From positions 1 to 49,488 of the forward strand of contig CAYSJW010000018.1 of the NCBI GenBank assembly GCA_964431555.1: a DNA stretch of 49,488 nucleotides, given 5' to 3'. Positions 47,813-49,488 of the stretch are shown here, piece after piece (positions within the stretch are counted from its first letter, which is position 1; each line of letters opens with the position of its first letter). The DNA comes from an uncultured Gammaproteobacteria bacterium (GTDB lineage: Bacteria; Patescibacteriota; Microgenomatia; UBA8517). The position numbers and the translations under genes were made by a program. The notes beneath the pieces were generated by a model. It ran no database searches. It had not been told where the DNA came from and saw only the letters and a program-made list of their open reading frames with translations.

Positions 47813-49488
47813 ATGCGGAAGTGGTTATTGATAGTATTAACTGTTTTAGCAGTATTTCTTCGGGTTTATAATTTGTCATCTTATCCTTCTGGTTTTACCC
47901 CTGATGAAGCGTCTTTTGCCTATGACGCTTTTTCGATATTAAAAACGGGCAAAGATCAGTGGGGAAAGCCTTATCCTTTACTTTTAGAGTCGTTTGGAGA
48001 TTATAAATCTCCTCTTTTGGCATATTTGACAATTCCCTTTGTTTATTTTTATGGCTTGACTAAAGAAGCGGCAAGATTACCAAATGCTCTTTTATCTATC
48101 TTATCTTTAGTTGTTGTTTACTTTCTTGCAGGGGAGATAGCAAGGTTGGGGGGTATGAGAAAGCAAACAGTAAAGTTGTATCAGTTGATTTCCTTTATTT
48201 TTTTAGCTTTTTCTCCTTGGCATATTATGTTAAGTCGAGGTGCTTTCGAAGCAAATCTAACTACCTTTTTTCTACCAGCTGGAATTTTATTTTTTTTAAA
48301 AGGACTTGAAAATGAAAAATTTTTGAATTTGTCTTCTTTGTTTTTTTCTTTAAACTTATTTACATACCATTCAGCAAAAATTGTGACGCCTTTGATCGTC
48401 TTTTTCTTGATTATCCTGTTTTATAAGGATCTTAAAAGTATTAGTTTTAAATATTACTTACTTGCAATATTAATTTTAGGTGCTGGGTTAATTTTAACAA
48501 TACACACTTTTTTTCAAGGTGGAGCTACAAGGGCAAAAGATATCAGTATAGTTAATGGAGCTATAAATGAAGCTGCAAGTGAGAGGTTGTTGTCGATAAA
48601 TGCGGGGGTTCCCTTTTTTTTGGCGAAGCTAGCAAATAACAAATTTACAGTTATTTTAAGAAGATTTTTTGATAATTACACACAATATTTTTCGTTTCAG
48701 TTTCTTTTTTCTGATGGACCTTCTGAGACTACTTATGGCATGATTCCTGGAAGAGGGGTCTTGTATTACTTTGAGATTATTCTTCTTTTCTTTTCCTTAT
48801 ATTCATTATTTATTTTTAAGGATAAAAAACCGATTTATCTACTTTTCTTTTGGCTTTTTATTTCTCCTATCCCAGCAGCGTCGACAATGGGAAAGGGTTT
48901 TGCCGCTAATCGCAGTGCAATAATGATGCCGGCTATACAAATGATTTCATCTATTGGTTTTATTACTCTTTTTGATTTTGTTAAAAGTAATTACCCTAAA
49001 CTTAAAAATGTTTTTTCGGCATTTTTCTTTTCAATATTTTTAGTGTCGTTTGTTTCTTTCCTTAAAGATTATTTTTTAATATCTCCTTTTATTGCTTCTG
49101 AAGGTATGCTTTACGGCAATTTGGAAGCTGCCTATTTACTTAAATCAAAATTTGCAAGTGAAAAAAAGATAGTTGTAAGCAAAAGACTTTCAGAACCCCA
49201 TATTTATATAGCTTTCGCAGAAAAGATAGACCCCAATTTTTACCAGAAGAATTCTCAAAGATGGAATTACCAGGAACAAGGTGTTTTATGGGTTGATCAG
49301 ATGCCTGATTATGAACTTGGGAGATATGTTTTCAAGAATATTGATTGGAACTCGGATAGCGGGAGTAATAATTTGTTGGTAGGAAAACCAGACGAATTTC
49401 CTTCATCAATTGAGCCTTTGGTTAAGATCAATTATCCAAATAGTAAACCTGCGATTTTTATCGTCAAACCAAACATCCAAAAGTATGC
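47813..49488 (+). CDS. GT39/PMT_2-like polytopic membrane glycosyltransferase, paralog family 3; 3'-partial (runs off the window; not in the ORF track)
   Basis: My manual translation from ATG 47813 shows no stop through 49488. It reads MRKWLLIVLTVLAVFLRVYNLSSYPSGFTPDEASFAYDAFSILKTGKDQWGKPYPLLLESFGDYKSPLLAYLTIPF ... FSPWHIMLSRGAFE ... and aligns with 30970c and 44748. Confidence 0.7.
   Translation, partial: MRKWLLIVLTVLAVFLRVYNLSSYPSGFTPDEASFAYDAFSILKTGKDQWGKPYPLLLESFGDYKSPLLAYLTIPFVYFYGLTKEAARLPNALLSILSLVVVYFLAGEIARLGGMRKQTVKLYQLISFIFLAFSPWHIMLSRGAFEANLTTFFLPAGILFFLKGLENEKFLNLSSLFFSLNLFTYHSAKIVTPLIVFFLIILFYKDLKSISFKYYLLAILILGAGLILTIHTFFQGGATRAKDISIVNGAINEAASERLLSINAGVPFFLAKLANNKFTVILRRFFDNYTQYFSFQFLFSDGPSETTYGMIPGRGVLYYFEIILLFFSLYSLFIFKDKKPIYLLFFWLFISPIPAASTMGKGFAANRSAIMMPAIQMISSIGFITLFDFVKSNYPKLKNVFSAFFFSIFLVSFVSFLKDYFLISPFIASEGMLYGNLEAAYLLKSKFASEKKIVVSKRLSEPHIYIAFAEKIDPNFYQKNSQRWNYQEQGVLWVDQMPDYELGRYVFKNIDWNSDSGSNNLLVGKPDEFPSSIEPLVKINYPNSKPAIFIVKPNIQKY

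Overview
Visibly AT-rich, tightly packed bacterial DNA with many ATGA/TAATG start-stop overlaps. TAA, TAG and TGA all terminate long ORFs, so the standard code 11 applies. Gene content suggests a small-genome Patescibacteria/CPR-like organism, but that is inference only. Layout: (1) 1-4.4 kb holds a frameshifted IS200/RAYT-like Y1 transposase remnant, pgeF, and a HlyD + ABC ATPase + MacB/FtsX-type permease efflux triad. (2) 4.5-8.4 kb holds a GT2-GtrA fusion, a truncated DUF35-like zinc-ribbon ORF, a class IV aminotransferase, a PIG-V-like polytopic membrane protein and a mini beta-carbonic-anhydrase-like protein. (3) 8.4-14.9 kb holds an F1Fo ATP synthase operon, atp(I)-B-E-F-A-G-D-C, with no atpH and an unusually short b subunit, followed by a CBS-pair protein. 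(4) From 15.1 kb to the window end lies a ~34 kb, almost uninterrupted envelope-glycosylation island. It contains four Dpm1/GtrB-like GT2 genes in the window (three in the island), five other GT2 genes, one GT4, a Wzx-type flippase and 13 large polytopic GT-C-like membrane proteins (14 in the window). These fall into at least three multi-copy paralog families plus YfhO and singletons. The last one (47813 onward) runs off the window and is absent from the supplied ORF track. A ~51-nt imperfect palindromic repeat occurs twice: once in the leader of nrnA and once in-frame inside a GT-C gene. No rRNA, tRNA or CRISPR array was recognised.
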